A stretch of DNA of 64,000 nt, taken from Candidatus Versatilivorator sp. (lineage in GTDB: Bacteria > Acidobacteriota > Terriglobia > Versatilivoradales > Versatilivoraceae). Both the position numbers and the translations under genes were made by a program. This document shows positions 10,224 to 19,900 of this stretch, one piece after another (the first letter of the stretch is position 1; each line of letters starts with the position of its first letter). Below the pieces are notes generated by a model, which saw only the letters and a list, made by a program, of their open reading frames with translations, ran no database searches and was not told where the DNA came from. Location: NCBI GenBank assembly GCA_965207735.1, contig OZ242296.1, positions 3,968,001 through 4,032,000 of the forward strand. The letters run 5' to 3'.

Positions 10224-11000
10224 TCAATCGGACGGAACAGCGCATACCCACTGGGCGAAGTAGGCGGGAGCCCATTTGCGGGCCAGGTGCATGTTCAGAA
10301 GGGCAAAACTGCTGTAGGGGAGTGCCGTCTCTACTTCCATCCAGGCCTCGGCCGCGGCAAAGGAGGGCAATTCGGCCAGGCACACCTCATGCCAGTCCGC
10401 CTGGGGAGCCACGAGCCGGAAACGCTCCAGCCGAATCAGCCCGTGGCTTTGGGCGACGGCCTTCAGCCGGCGGACCTGCTCCACCTCTCCGCGCTCCTCG
10501 GTCGACAGCTCGCCGGCCCCGGGCAACCAGCGCCGGAAGCTGAGAACCACCAGGCTGGTGGGGTCTATCCGCAAGGATGGAATTCGATGGGGATCTTCGC
10601 TGGCGGCCTGCAATTTTCCTACGGGGGGACGGGAAGTCCGGTCAGTGAATTGGTCCTGCGCCGCCCGTCGTGCAAGATGGTATTCGTAGTAGCCGTAGCG
10701 CCCATATGGAGGTGCCATCTCGGCCTGAATCCAGGCTTCGGCTCCCGCCAGCGAAGGGAATTCGATCACCCAGAATCGTTGCCAGTTGTCTTGGGGACCG
10801 AGCAGTCGAAAACCCTCCAGGTGCATCAGCCGGAATCGACGCGACACCGACAACATCAGGTCGACATGTTCCTGTGAGAAGGCCTCCTGTTCGCTTTGGG
10901 AGAGACGATGCCAGGTCGGGAGTCGGCCTCCCTTGAATAGGACCACCACCGAGTCGCCGGGATCGGCTGAATGTCCGGCGCTTTGACTACTGGAAGTCAT
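10224..11000 (-). CDS. Hypothetical protein made of two internal repeats (probable alpha+beta barrel domains)
   Basis: Duplicated motif LEGFRLLGPQDNW..EFPSLAGAEAWIQAE..PY versus LERFRLVAPQADW..ELPSFAAAEAWMEVE..PY. Confidence 0.7.
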   Translation of the reverse strand: MTSSSQSAGHSADPGDSVVVLFKGGRLPTWHRLSQSEQEAFSQEHVDLMLSVSRRFRLMHLEGFRLLGPQDNWQRFWVIEFPSLAGAEAWIQAEMAPPYGRYGYYEYHLARRAAQDQFTDRTSRPPVGKLQAASEDPHRIPSLRIDPTSLVVLSFRRWLPGAGELSTEERGEVEQVRRLKAVAQSHGLIRLERFRLVAPQADWHEVCLAELPSFAAAEAWMEVETALPYSSFALLNMHLARKWAPAYFAQWVCAVPSD

Positions 11001-11021
11001 AGGTTCGTCAGCCCCAATTCC

Positions 11022-11804
11022 TCAATTTCCGTCGGCCTGCTCAAATGGTACGGGATTCCTTGGAAAGTGACCGTATTCGTCCCGACCGCAAACCAGGACC
11101 GGCCGGTAGTGTCTTCCCAGAGAGTTGGCTCGGACCTGCCTGACCCGCGGAGAAATGAATCGAATCGCCAGGCCGCAGCGCCGTCTGCCGGAGCGGTTGG
11201 GGTTGCTTCCGTGGATGAGCATGCCGTCGTGGACCGACATCTGGCCGGCCTTCAACACAAGGTCCACCGTTTGACTCGAGTCGAAGCTCTCCTCGGGGAT
11301 TTCCTGGTTGATGCTGAGCAGATTTCCAGCCGTTGCCGACGTTCCGTGGGTCAGAATGCCGTGGCGGTGGGACCCGGGAACCACCCGCATGCAGCCGTTG
11401 TCGACATCCACGTCGTCTATGGCCAGCCAGGCGGTGACCGCTCGCGGCGGTTCCAGTCCCCAGTAGGTCACGTCCTGGTGCCAGGCCACGAACTTGTCCC
11501 CTCGGGATGCGGAGGGATACTTGCAGAAAAAATGGTTGCCCAGGAGAAGGACATCGGGGCCGAGGACCGAACGGATCGCTTCCAGAACCGGAGGACGGGT
11601 GCTGAGCCTCCAGACGAACTCGTGGGTGAAGTGCAGATTGTTGAGCCCGATTTCGGCTTTGCTTCGTCCCCGATCTGCTTCCAGGGCGTCGAACTGCGAC
11701 CGGTAGTCCTTGATCTCGGATTCCGAGAAGACCTCCAGGCCGGTCAGGTACCCCTGGCTTTGCCACAGTTCTGAACGGGAACGCTCCAGGGTTGTGCTTG
11801 TCAT
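11022..11804 (-). CDS. Phytanoyl-CoA dioxygenase (PhyH) family protein
   Basis: FVAWHQDVTYWGL, NGCMRVVPGSH, LKAGQMSVHDGMLIHGSNPN, RRCGLAIRF. Confidence 0.92.
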   Translation of the reverse strand: MTSTTLERSRSELWQSQGYLTGLEVFSESEIKDYRSQFDALEADRGRSKAEIGLNNLHFTHEFVWRLSTRPPVLEAIRSVLGPDVLLLGNHFFCKYPSASRGDKFVAWHQDVTYWGLEPPRAVTAWLAIDDVDVDNGCMRVVPGSHRHGILTHGTSATAGNLLSINQEIPEESFDSSQTVDLVLKAGQMSVHDGMLIHGSNPNRSGRRRCGLAIRFISPRVRQVRANSLGRHYRPVLVCGRDEYGHFPRNPVPFEQADGN

Positions 11805-11956
11805 TCGGCTCGGCCCTCCGCGAGCTCAGTCTAATTCAGTTTGGTACAAGCCGAACAATTTTTTTGGCCGGCCACGACCGCGGGAGCCCGTGGCGCCGCT
11901 GTAGGTGTTTAGGGGCCCTCGCCCTGCCGATGCGGCAGAGGGGCCACGCCTGGTGG

Positions 11957-12372
11957 CCCTTCGTAATCCTTCGAATAACTTCGTGGACAACTCTTTTTTC
12001 TTTTGTTTCAGGAGAGCCGGTCTCCGGGGCCTCGCGCTTTCGACCCTCTGCTGTCGCCGCCTTCGCGGCTCGACGTGGAGCTACCCCATTCCATGGGCTT
12101 ACGCCCACGGCTACCTGCTGCCGCCGCTCCGCGGCTCGATGGGTCGCCCGGGCGTTCGCCCGGGGATTATCAATTGCTAACAAGTGTCGCCCCCGCCCTG
12201 GTGTGCGGATCATACATAGAGTGAAACAATCAGAAATCGACAATCCCTTCGCGAACTTGGTATCCCGTCGCGACCAACCTCAGCGCCTTAGTGCCCCTTC
12301 GTCGTTCTTCGTGCCCCTTCGTGGTTAAGTCTTTTTCTTTTGTCGTTTTGTCGTTTGTCGGTTGTTTCAGGC
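11957..12372. repeat. Two copies of a dispersed intergenic motif (about 11957-12012 and 12293-12372)
   Basis: Both read ccttcgt..cttcg....ttcgtgg....tctttttcttttg...tttcagg. Confidence 0.55.
12048..12136. repeat. REP-like palindromic cluster
   Basis: ctgctgtcgccgccttcgcggct ... ccatgggcttacgcccacggct ... ctgctgccgccgctccgcggct: short GC hairpins ending in GCGGCT. Confidence 0.6.
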
Positions 12373-12583
12373 AAGTCCCGCCTATTGGTCACGGAACACT
12401 ACGCTGCCTGCCGGCTGGCAAGACGGTGAAACGGAGGTGAAATCCCTTTCACCCGGTGCTATTCTTTCAGCACGGGCCGGTCGCGACAACCTTTCCGCCC
12501 CAGGCGGAACGCGATTCAAAGCTCCGGGTTAAAGCCGGACTTCTTTTCCTATCGGCTGGTTCGGCAGCAATGGGAGGTCAGGG

Positions 12584-13810
12584 ATGGAATCTCAAGCGAT
12601 ATCCAAACAGGAGTTTCAGAGCCGCTACGCTCGTGTGCAACGTTTCCTGGAGGAACGGCAGTTGGGGGCCTTGATGGCCTATTCTCCGGCGCGCGAGCAC
12701 AAATGGGGCCAGACGGGCCATGTCTCCTATCTGTCGGGTTGGGCCAACGATGACCGGATCGTGGAAACGGTGGTGGTGGTGCCCCGCCAGGGCGACCCGG
12801 TGATGCTGGCTGCCGGAATGCAATTCATGTTCGAGCAGGCCGCGGAGGTGTCTCCGATCGAAGATATGCGGCTGGTGGAAGCCGTCGACCCCAACGCGGT
12901 GGCGGGTCATCGGGGTGGGAACGGGGACGAGGGCCCCCGCGACTTTGCCGGCCAGACCCTGGCAGTCCTGGAAGAAAACGGCCTGGGAGGGGAGGGAGTG
13001 GGTGTGGTCGGGATCAGCACCATGCCGGCTCCCTTCTACGAGGGACTGGCTCTCGGCCTGGGAGACCGGCTCCATCGGGTGGACGATGTGGTTTCCCAAC
13101 TCCGAGCCGTCAAGAGCGAGGCCGAACTGCAGTTGATGCGACGGGCGGCAGAGCTGAGCGATCTGGGTTTTCAAACCATGCTGGAGGTTGCCAGGCCCGG
13201 TTTGCCCGGAATAGAAATCGTGGCCGAGATGGAGAGGGTGGCGCGCCGGGAAGGAGCCGACCACGCCAAGTACTGGATGGCTTCGGGCCCACCCCCGGAT
13301 TGGAACGACACCCGGCTCGACATCAGACCCCATGAGCGTATCCTTCAATACGGCGACCTGATGGCCAGTTGCTCCTATATTGTCTACCAGGGGTACTGGT
13401 GCCACGGGCACCGCACTGGAACCCTGGGAAAACCCTGCGACGCCCTCACCCGGCTGTGTCAGGTGACCCGGGAAGCCCATGATCGGGCTCAGGAGATACT
13501 GAAGCCGGGCACGCCCGTGGCCGAATTGGGCCGGACCATCCGGGAGCATGTGGCTCCCCACGGTCTGGATCTTCTGGGGGGGAGAATCGGACACGGCATC
13601 GGCATGGATTACAGCGAGCAGCCCGTCCCCTTCGACGACAGCAACCCGGCTCCCATGCAGGCCGGAATGACTGCCGTGATGCACGCCATCTTCGGCCTGC
13701 CGGGAACCGGCAAGATGTTTGTGCCGCTGGGCGACGTGTTCCACCTCACCGAGGATGGTCCGGAACTGCTGATGGGCTTCCCCCGAACCCCCTTTGTCGC
13801 CGGGCAGTAG
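12584..13810 (+). CDS. M24 (Xaa-Pro aminopeptidase/creatinase) family protein
   Basis: LRAVKSEAELQLMRRAA, GHGIGMDYSE, creatinase-like N-terminus; several canonical metal ligands look substituted. Confidence 0.85.
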   Translation: MESQAISKQEFQSRYARVQRFLEERQLGALMAYSPAREHKWGQTGHVSYLSGWANDDRIVETVVVVPRQGDPVMLAAGMQFMFEQAAEVSPIEDMRLVEAVDPNAVAGHRGGNGDEGPRDFAGQTLAVLEENGLGGEGVGVVGISTMPAPFYEGLALGLGDRLHRVDDVVSQLRAVKSEAELQLMRRAAELSDLGFQTMLEVARPGLPGIEIVAEMERVARREGADHAKYWMASGPPPDWNDTRLDIRPHERILQYGDLMASCSYIVYQGYWCHGHRTGTLGKPCDALTRLCQVTREAHDRAQEILKPGTPVAELGRTIREHVAPHGLDLLGGRIGHGIGMDYSEQPVPFDDSNPAPMQAGMTAVMHAIFGLPGTGKMFVPLGDVFHLTEDGPELLMGFPRTPFVAGQ

Positions 13811-13973
13811 ACTATCGTCTGCGCATGCTGTTTCAGCCGCTGCACTTGCCGCTGATATTCACTTACGAGACGCCGCGTTGGCCCCCCTCCGGATCGACTG
13901 CGGGCTGCGCCCTCTCGCGACGCCAAGGCCTGCGAGCGGCAGCGCTGTGCACAGGGGATGCGGCTCTTAATCC

Positions 13974-14122
13974 GCCGCATACGCGGCTAGGTTGGCGCAG
14001 GATTCCAACGACCCCGGGCTTCCGCCCGGGGCTACACGAGGCCGCAGCTACGCTGCTCGATAGGGATGGCCTTTAGGCGACCTTGTCACAGGCAACCCAC
14101 GCCAACCGCCGCCTACGCGGCT
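13974..14122. repeat. REP-like palindromic cluster
   Basis: gccgcatacgcggct, ccccgggcttccgcccggggct, gccgcctacgcggct; same style as 12048-12136. Confidence 0.55.
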
Positions 14123-14157
14123 CTCCCGTAACCCACGACACTGTCGGTGTATAGAAT

Positions 14158-15644
14158 GAGCCTTTTGCAAAATTCGCAGATAGCGGGAATTTTCACGTGG
14201 GGAAAGATCAAGGAGGGCAGGTGGAAGGAGGGGCAAGACCACTGTCTGTTGTATCATGAAGGTGTCTGAACCACATGATGAACGGAGGTGGAACTTGCCC
14301 CTTAGGGAAACCCTATCACGACACTGGTTCCGGTTTCAACGAGAGCTGTTTCCCCTGCTGGAGGAAGTTTTGGGGCCTCTGGGAGAGCGTTACCAGCGGC
14401 TGGTGCAGGTATTGGAGTTGGTGCGGGTGGAGGAGTTGCTGCCTTACAGTCGGGGCTGGCGTGGCCGGCCGCTGGAGGATCGGGCAGTGCTGGCGCGAGC
14501 CTATCTGGCGAAGTCGATGCTGGAGGTGGCGACCACGCGGGGATTGGTGGAGCGGCTGAGGAGTGAGGGGAGGCTGCGGCGGCTGTGCGGCTGGGAGAGG
14601 GCGTGGGAGGTACCGAGCGAGTCGACCTTCTCGCGGGCCTTTGCGGAATTCGCTGAGAGCGACCTGCCGGGGCGTTTGCACGAGGCATTGCTGGAGGAGA
14701 CGCTGAAGGGCCACTTGGCGGGGCATGTGTCGAGGGACTCGACGGCGATTGCGGGACGGGAAAAGCCAGCGGCCAAGGCTGCGCCGGAGGCCAAGCGGAA
14801 ACGCCGGCGGGGCCGGCCGCCGAAGGGCGAGCGACGGCCCAAGCGGTTGAGCCGGCTGGAGCGGCAGGGGTCGATGACGCTGGAGGAAATGTTGAAGGAG
14901 TTGCCCAAGGCCTGCGACATCGGCGTCAAGCGCAACGCCAAGGGGCATCAGGAGAGCTGGACCGGCTACAAGCTACACCTCGACGCCATTGACGGCGGGA
15001 TTCCGGTCAGTTGTCTGCTGACCTCGGCCTCGGTGCATGACTCTCAGGCAGCCATTCCGCTGGCGACGCTGACGGCAAGGCGGGTCGAGAGTCTCTACGA
15101 CTTGATGGACAGCGCCTACGATGCGCCGGAGATCCGGGCCTTCAGTGAGAAGCTGGGGCATGTGCCGATTATTGACGTCAACCCCCGCCGAAGAGCTACC
15201 TTGAAAGCCGAGCGGAAGCGGGAGGCACTGGCCCGGCGCTGTATCGGCCAAGTGACTCCCGAGGCGCGGCGCTACCGGGAACGCTCGACGGTGGAGCGGG
15301 TCAACGGACGGCTCAAGGAGGAGTTTGGCGGGAGGCAGGTGAGGGTTCGCGGCCCCGACAAGGTGAGGTGCCACCTGATGTTCGGCATTCTGGCCCTGAC
15401 GGTGGATCAGTTGATGCGCCTGACGCTCTGAAGACCGGGTTGCCACCCCCAACCGCACAGCAGGTTCGCCCGCCTCAAGGCCGGGAGAGGGTAAGCTGTG
15501 CCTGCGTCCGGCGACCGCTGGCCATCCGGCCATCAGATTCGGGCTTTTTCCTTCAAAAGGGTCTTTGCAGCTGGGTAGTCACCGCCGGAACATCACTGTT
15601 GCCAGCCCAATGTCATGCCCGATTCCGAATTTTGCAAAAGGCTC
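14158..15644 (+). mobile_element. Insertion sequence (IS5/IS1182-like DDE), 1487 bp
   Basis: Perfect 19-bp terminal inverted repeats GAGCCTTTTGCAAAATTCG (14158-14176) and its reverse complement (15626-15644) flank a transposase. Confidence 0.92.
14256..15431 (+). CDS. DDE transposase (DUF772-like N-terminus plus DDE_Tnp_1)
   Basis: LRRLCGW..VPSESTFSRAF, RDSTAI, GYKLHL, MDSAYD, YRERSTVERVNGRLKEEFG. Confidence 0.93.
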   Translation: MKVSEPHDERRWNLPLRETLSRHWFRFQRELFPLLEEVLGPLGERYQRLVQVLELVRVEELLPYSRGWRGRPLEDRAVLARAYLAKSMLEVATTRGLVERLRSEGRLRRLCGWERAWEVPSESTFSRAFAEFAESDLPGRLHEALLEETLKGHLAGHVSRDSTAIAGREKPAAKAAPEAKRKRRRGRPPKGERRPKRLSRLERQGSMTLEEMLKELPKACDIGVKRNAKGHQESWTGYKLHLDAIDGGIPVSCLLTSASVHDSQAAIPLATLTARRVESLYDLMDSAYDAPEIRAFSEKLGHVPIIDVNPRRRATLKAERKREALARRCIGQVTPEARRYRERSTVERVNGRLKEEFGGRQVRVRGPDKVRCHLMFGILALTVDQLMRLTL

Positions 15645-16093
15645 TACTAATTTATACAATGCGGTAGTTTCGTCAAGCAAATAAACCGCACAAGGCCTTA
15701 ACGTTTTGAAAAGAAATGGGTTGAGTCTGTCTCAGAAGCCTGGATGAGCGCTCGACGTCCCGATTCTACTCCCGTGCCGGCACGGGAGTAGTGATCTGCA
15801 TTATCTTGCAGTCGGGGATAGTTGCTCAGATTACGGGGTACAGAGCCGTTGCGTGCCGATCGAGGCGTGTTAAGGGACTGGAGGGGCAAATACCCCAGCG
15901 GGGTATGCCACGTAATGCGGGCGGTTGTTCCGAACTCTTTCCGCTTCAAGAAGTTGAGGGAATGTTCGTGCCTCCGGCGTGCCGAAGGGCGGATCGGACC
16001 CGGTGACGGGAAGGCGGCCGATCCGGCCAGGAAGCCAACAGCAAAAAACAGTAGACCATACTGGCCCTCGGTGGAGAGAGGCAGGCTTAGGGG

Positions 16094-16423
16094 ATGAACA
16101 CAACTCGATATCTCCGATCCTCAGCACGGGCAGCTTGCCACCCCGTCAAGCAGAGATATACCAAGGATTCACGTTACTGGCACGACGGCATGACCGACTG
16201 GGATCCGTTCCTGGAGGCCCTGGGACAGGAGGATCTGGTGGTTCCCGAGAAGCTTACGGCCCTTGCCGGCTGGGTTTCGAAAGCGACGCCGCTTTTTGGG
16301 AAGTCCGGACGTTTCGTACTGCTACGCGGCATTCACCACATAAAGCTGGTCGTTTCCGGAGATCGGCTTCGAAAAGCCAAGGCATATGTGTTCATGGTCC
16401 TTTCGGCTGCGGTCGACCGTTGA
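16094..16423 (+). pseudogene. Probable 3' remnant of an unidentified gene
   Basis: The C-terminal ~80 aa read as real protein (DWDPFLEAL..EKLTALAGW..LLRGIHHIKLVVSGDRLRKAKAYVFM); upstream frames are broken by stops; it ends at the terminator shared with the NHLP remnant. Confidence 0.4.
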
Positions 16424-16441
16424 CATCTACCTGACCCGGGC

Positions 16442-16484
16442 AAAAAAAACCCCGCCTGCCCCACAATGGGGGGCGACGGGGGTT
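16442..16484 (-). terminator. Intrinsic terminator downstream of the NHLP precursor remnant
   Basis: Minus strand aacccccgtcgcccccc-attg-tggggcaggcggggtt followed by a T run. Confidence 0.7.
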
Positions 16485-16555
16485 CAATTCAAGCGATGTA
16501 CGGATGCGGATTCGGATTGCTCCGTGTCTTGACAGGCTGCACGCCTGCCATGGGT

Positions 16556-16705
16556 CTACCAGCAGCAGCAAAGGCCGGCTGAGACGGCTTCGAGCTGCTC
16601 CTGGGTGATGTTCGGATCCGGCGGCAAGGCGAGATGAACCGTCTGCATGTCGCTCTCATGGACCTGGATGGTCATCGAATCGGGAATCGTGATGCCCAAT
16701 TCGCC
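16556..16705 (-). pseudogene. 5'-truncated NHLP-leader (proteusin-type) RiPP precursor with core LCCCW
   Basis: Manual translation: GELGITIPDSMTIQVHESDMQTVHLALPPDPNITQEQLEAVSAG-LCCCW-stop. An in-frame TAA at 16706-16708 lies directly upstream. Below the ORF-track size cut-off. Confidence 0.88.
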
Positions 16706-16861
16706 TTATATTCTCTGTAACAAACGAGTGACAAACGACGCCAATAAATTCATCAACTGATCGCAACACAAATGTACCGCACGTTCAAGGCAGCAAAATG
16801 CCGAAAAACTTGATTCGATGTTCATCGGCTTGCGTCGAGGGCCATTTTTAGCCTCGCGGTC

Positions 16862-16894
16862 TGGATGGAAGTCCCCTCCGAGGACTTCCATCCG
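16862..16894. terminator. Strong hairpin downstream of the giant surface-protein gene
   Basis: ggatggaagtcc-loop-ggacttccatcc 12-bp stem; no clear U-tract. Confidence 0.4.
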
Positions 16895-16995
16895 GTGGGG
16901 TTGGCAACTCGTGACGGTGGGAATAGACACCGACCTCCGTACACTCCCCTCTATCAGGGCTAACCCCCAATCCAGCAGCAAGATAGTGCGGGCTG

Positions 16996-19900
16996 CTACT
17001 CCCGGGCAGGCAAGTATGCACCATCGCCGCTACGTTCTCCCGGAGCCCCGCCGTCGTTGACCACCCCATAGGCCAGAAACGGGTTCTCCCCCGACACCTT
17101 CTCGATCCGGATATACCCCTGCCGGGTCTCCGAAGAGGCTCTGCCCAGGATCCCGTTGATCTGATACCAGCTCCGCGCCGGGATCGGCCTGGTCACCACC
17201 GTCTCGGCCAGCATCCCCGTCTCCCCGTCGTAGATCTCCAGGTGGAAGACGCTCTCACTGCCGTCCACCTCCCCCGTGTTCACCAGCGCCAGGTTGCTGC
17301 GGTTCTCCTGGTTCTGCTGCAATCCCTCCACCCAGGCCTCCTCGGTGAAACCCTCACCCCGCGGCACCGCGTTGTAGAAAACGCTGTATTGCCCGCCCCC
17401 TCCCTTTGAACCTGTCCTGGCTCCGATCACGATCCCGCTCAGGTCTCCCTCTCCGGCCCTGACGAACACCGGTCCCGCGTAGAACCCCCGCGTCGCCCCC
17501 AGCCCCGCCACTCCCTGGCGCCGCAACTCCTCCACCACCTCGGGCACGATCGCCTGCTCGCTCCCTTCCAGCTCCATGCTGAAAGCAGCCGTCTTGTCGT
17601 CGGTCTTGACTTGCTCGCCCACAAACTCGAATTCCAGCCTCCTGGGCTCCTCGGAGAAGTTCGTCACCGTCAACTCGCTGGTGAACTCGCTCGTCTCCAC
17701 GATCACCGGCAAGGTCTGCGCCACCTTCCCCTCCAGCGAACCTGCCGTCACCGGAAAGACGAACGACCCGTCCGAGTTCCCCTGGTCGTTGATCACCCCG
17801 TAGGCGTAGAAGGGGGCCTCTCCCTCCACACGCTCCACCTTCACGTAGCCGTTCTCCACACCGCCCAGCACTCCCGAAAACTGATGAAACTCTCCCGGCA
17901 TCAGCACCACGTCCTTCAGCACCCGGAGCGTCGTATCCCCCGCCTCTCCCGAATAGACCGTGGTCCTCAGCGTGATCGTTCCCTCTTCCGGCGCCCCCAT
18001 GTTCTGGAAGGCCACGTTCGAGCGATCCTGGCTGTTCTGCCTGAGCCCGCACAGATAGACCGCCTCCTCAAAGCCCTCTCCCTCCGCCACCCCCGGGTAG
18101 GCCAGCCCCGCCCTCCCCTCTGGCACCAGCGTGGTGGTCCGCACCACCGCCTCCACCTCGGACTTCACTGCCACCTCCACCCTCAATGTCCCGATCCGGT
18201 TCCCCGTTGCGGGAATCGGTACCCCCAGACCCCTCAGATAGTCCAGGGCGTCGGTCTCGATCTTCTGCCGGCCTGCCTCGAGCCGGTCGGTGGCCGTGCC
18301 GCTTCCCCCGCCTGCATCCGACGTGTAGATGTAGTGGAGCGTGGCCTCTTCCATCCCACGGTTGGTCAGCGTCAGCTCCGAGGTGAAAAACGAGTTGTTC
18401 CGCCCCGCCGAGGACAGGATCACCGGAACGAACAGCGACCCCGTCGTCAGCCGGAAGCTCCCCTCGGCCACCTCCCCTTCCCCGCAGTCGTAGAGGTACC
18501 CGCCCACTCCCGACTCGGTGAAGCTCAAACGAAGCTCGCAGGAGGCCCCGTCATCGTAGTCGAGCCTCACCGTCCCCCTGCCCGCACCTGTCCTCTCATA
18601 GGCGTAGCTGCCCGATCGCGAAGTGGTGCTCTCCGATCGGGAGTCGGCGCTCTCCGACCGAATCGCCGCCCGCGCTTCCACCCTCTCGATCTGCTCGAAT
18701 CGGTTGCCTTCTGCAAACCGCAGTTCAATGCGTCTGGCGGTCCCCTCTTCGCCCGTGATCCTCAGGGTCGCCCGCCTCCCCTCCAGGTCCTCCTCGCTGA
18801 AGTCCGCCGGATCCTCTGCGTCGGGCTCCTCCATCCCCGTCCTGCCTTCCCCCGGCTGCGACCACTCACCCCTCCCCTCTTCGTTCACGGCTCTCACCTC
18901 CACCCGGTAGAGCCTCTCCTCCTCCAGGCCCGTCAGCGTCAACATGAGTCCCGTCCCCTCGTGCCCCCCGTCCCGGTAGCCTTCCTCTCCCTCCTCCCGG
19001 TAGCGCACCTCATAGCCGGTGATCTCAGGCCCTCGGTTCTCAGGCTCGGACCAGCTCACCGTCAGGCTGTCCGTGCCCTCCGCTCTCACCTCCGGCGTCC
19101 CCACCGCCCCCGGCGGCTCCTCCTCGTCACTCACCCGCACCCGTATGGCCCTCTGTCTCCTCCGCTCCCTCTCCCCCTCTCCGCTCCTCGCCTCCACCAC
19201 CACCACGTATTCGTTGTCTCCTGCAGGGCTTTCGGGCTCCGCGCTCACCGCATCGGCAGGCCTCTCATAGTCCGGCGCCTCCGTGAAGCTCAGCTCTCCC
19301 GTCTCCTCAACTACCCTAAACAGTGCCCCGTCCGCTCCTCCCGCGATCCCGTAGCCGGCAACCTCGTCCCCCTCGTCGGAGTCCACCGCCTCCAGCCGCA
19401 CTACCTTCCTCTGGTTCTCCACCACCTCGAACTGCCCCGGGCTGGTGATCTCAGGCACCCGGTTCAGCTCGCTCAGCCGGAAGCTCCCCTGTCCCTGCAA
19501 CGCGCCCCCGCAGCGGTAGCTGTAGCTGCCTGCTCCCACTCCGCTGAAGCTCATCCGCAGCTGGCACGACTCCCCCCCGTCGTAGTCCAGGCTCAGCTCT
19601 CCCGTCGTCCGGCTGGTGTAGCGGTACCGGTAGCTCCCCATGCGGGTCGCCGTCACTTCCCCCGCTGTGTCCAGCTCCCTCTCCTCGAACCGCAGCCCCC
19701 CTCCAAACCTCACCTTCAGACTCCGCCGGCTTCCTCCAAACGGCGTCCACTCCAATCCGGCCTCTCCACCCTCCAGGTCCTCCGCCCGGAAGTTCGACCG
19801 ATAGGCCGGGTCCAGAGGCATCACCGCCTCCACCGTCTCCGTCTCCCGCCCGTTGCCGATCTGGTTGACCCCACGCAGCTCCAAGGCATAGACCGTCCCG

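Noticed and set aside
12160-12180. TTATCAA motif as a recombination arm
   Set aside because: No partner arm and no nearby breakpoint; a 7-mer is expected by chance.
14150-15652. Target-site duplication of the IS
   Set aside because: Flanks ...atagaat and tactaat... show no convincing direct repeat; possibly lost through later rearrangement.
16706-16981. 91-aa minus-strand ORF as the missing 5' half of the RiPP precursor
   Set aside because: Same frame, but it ends in TAA and has no NHLP-like sequence; probably non-coding.
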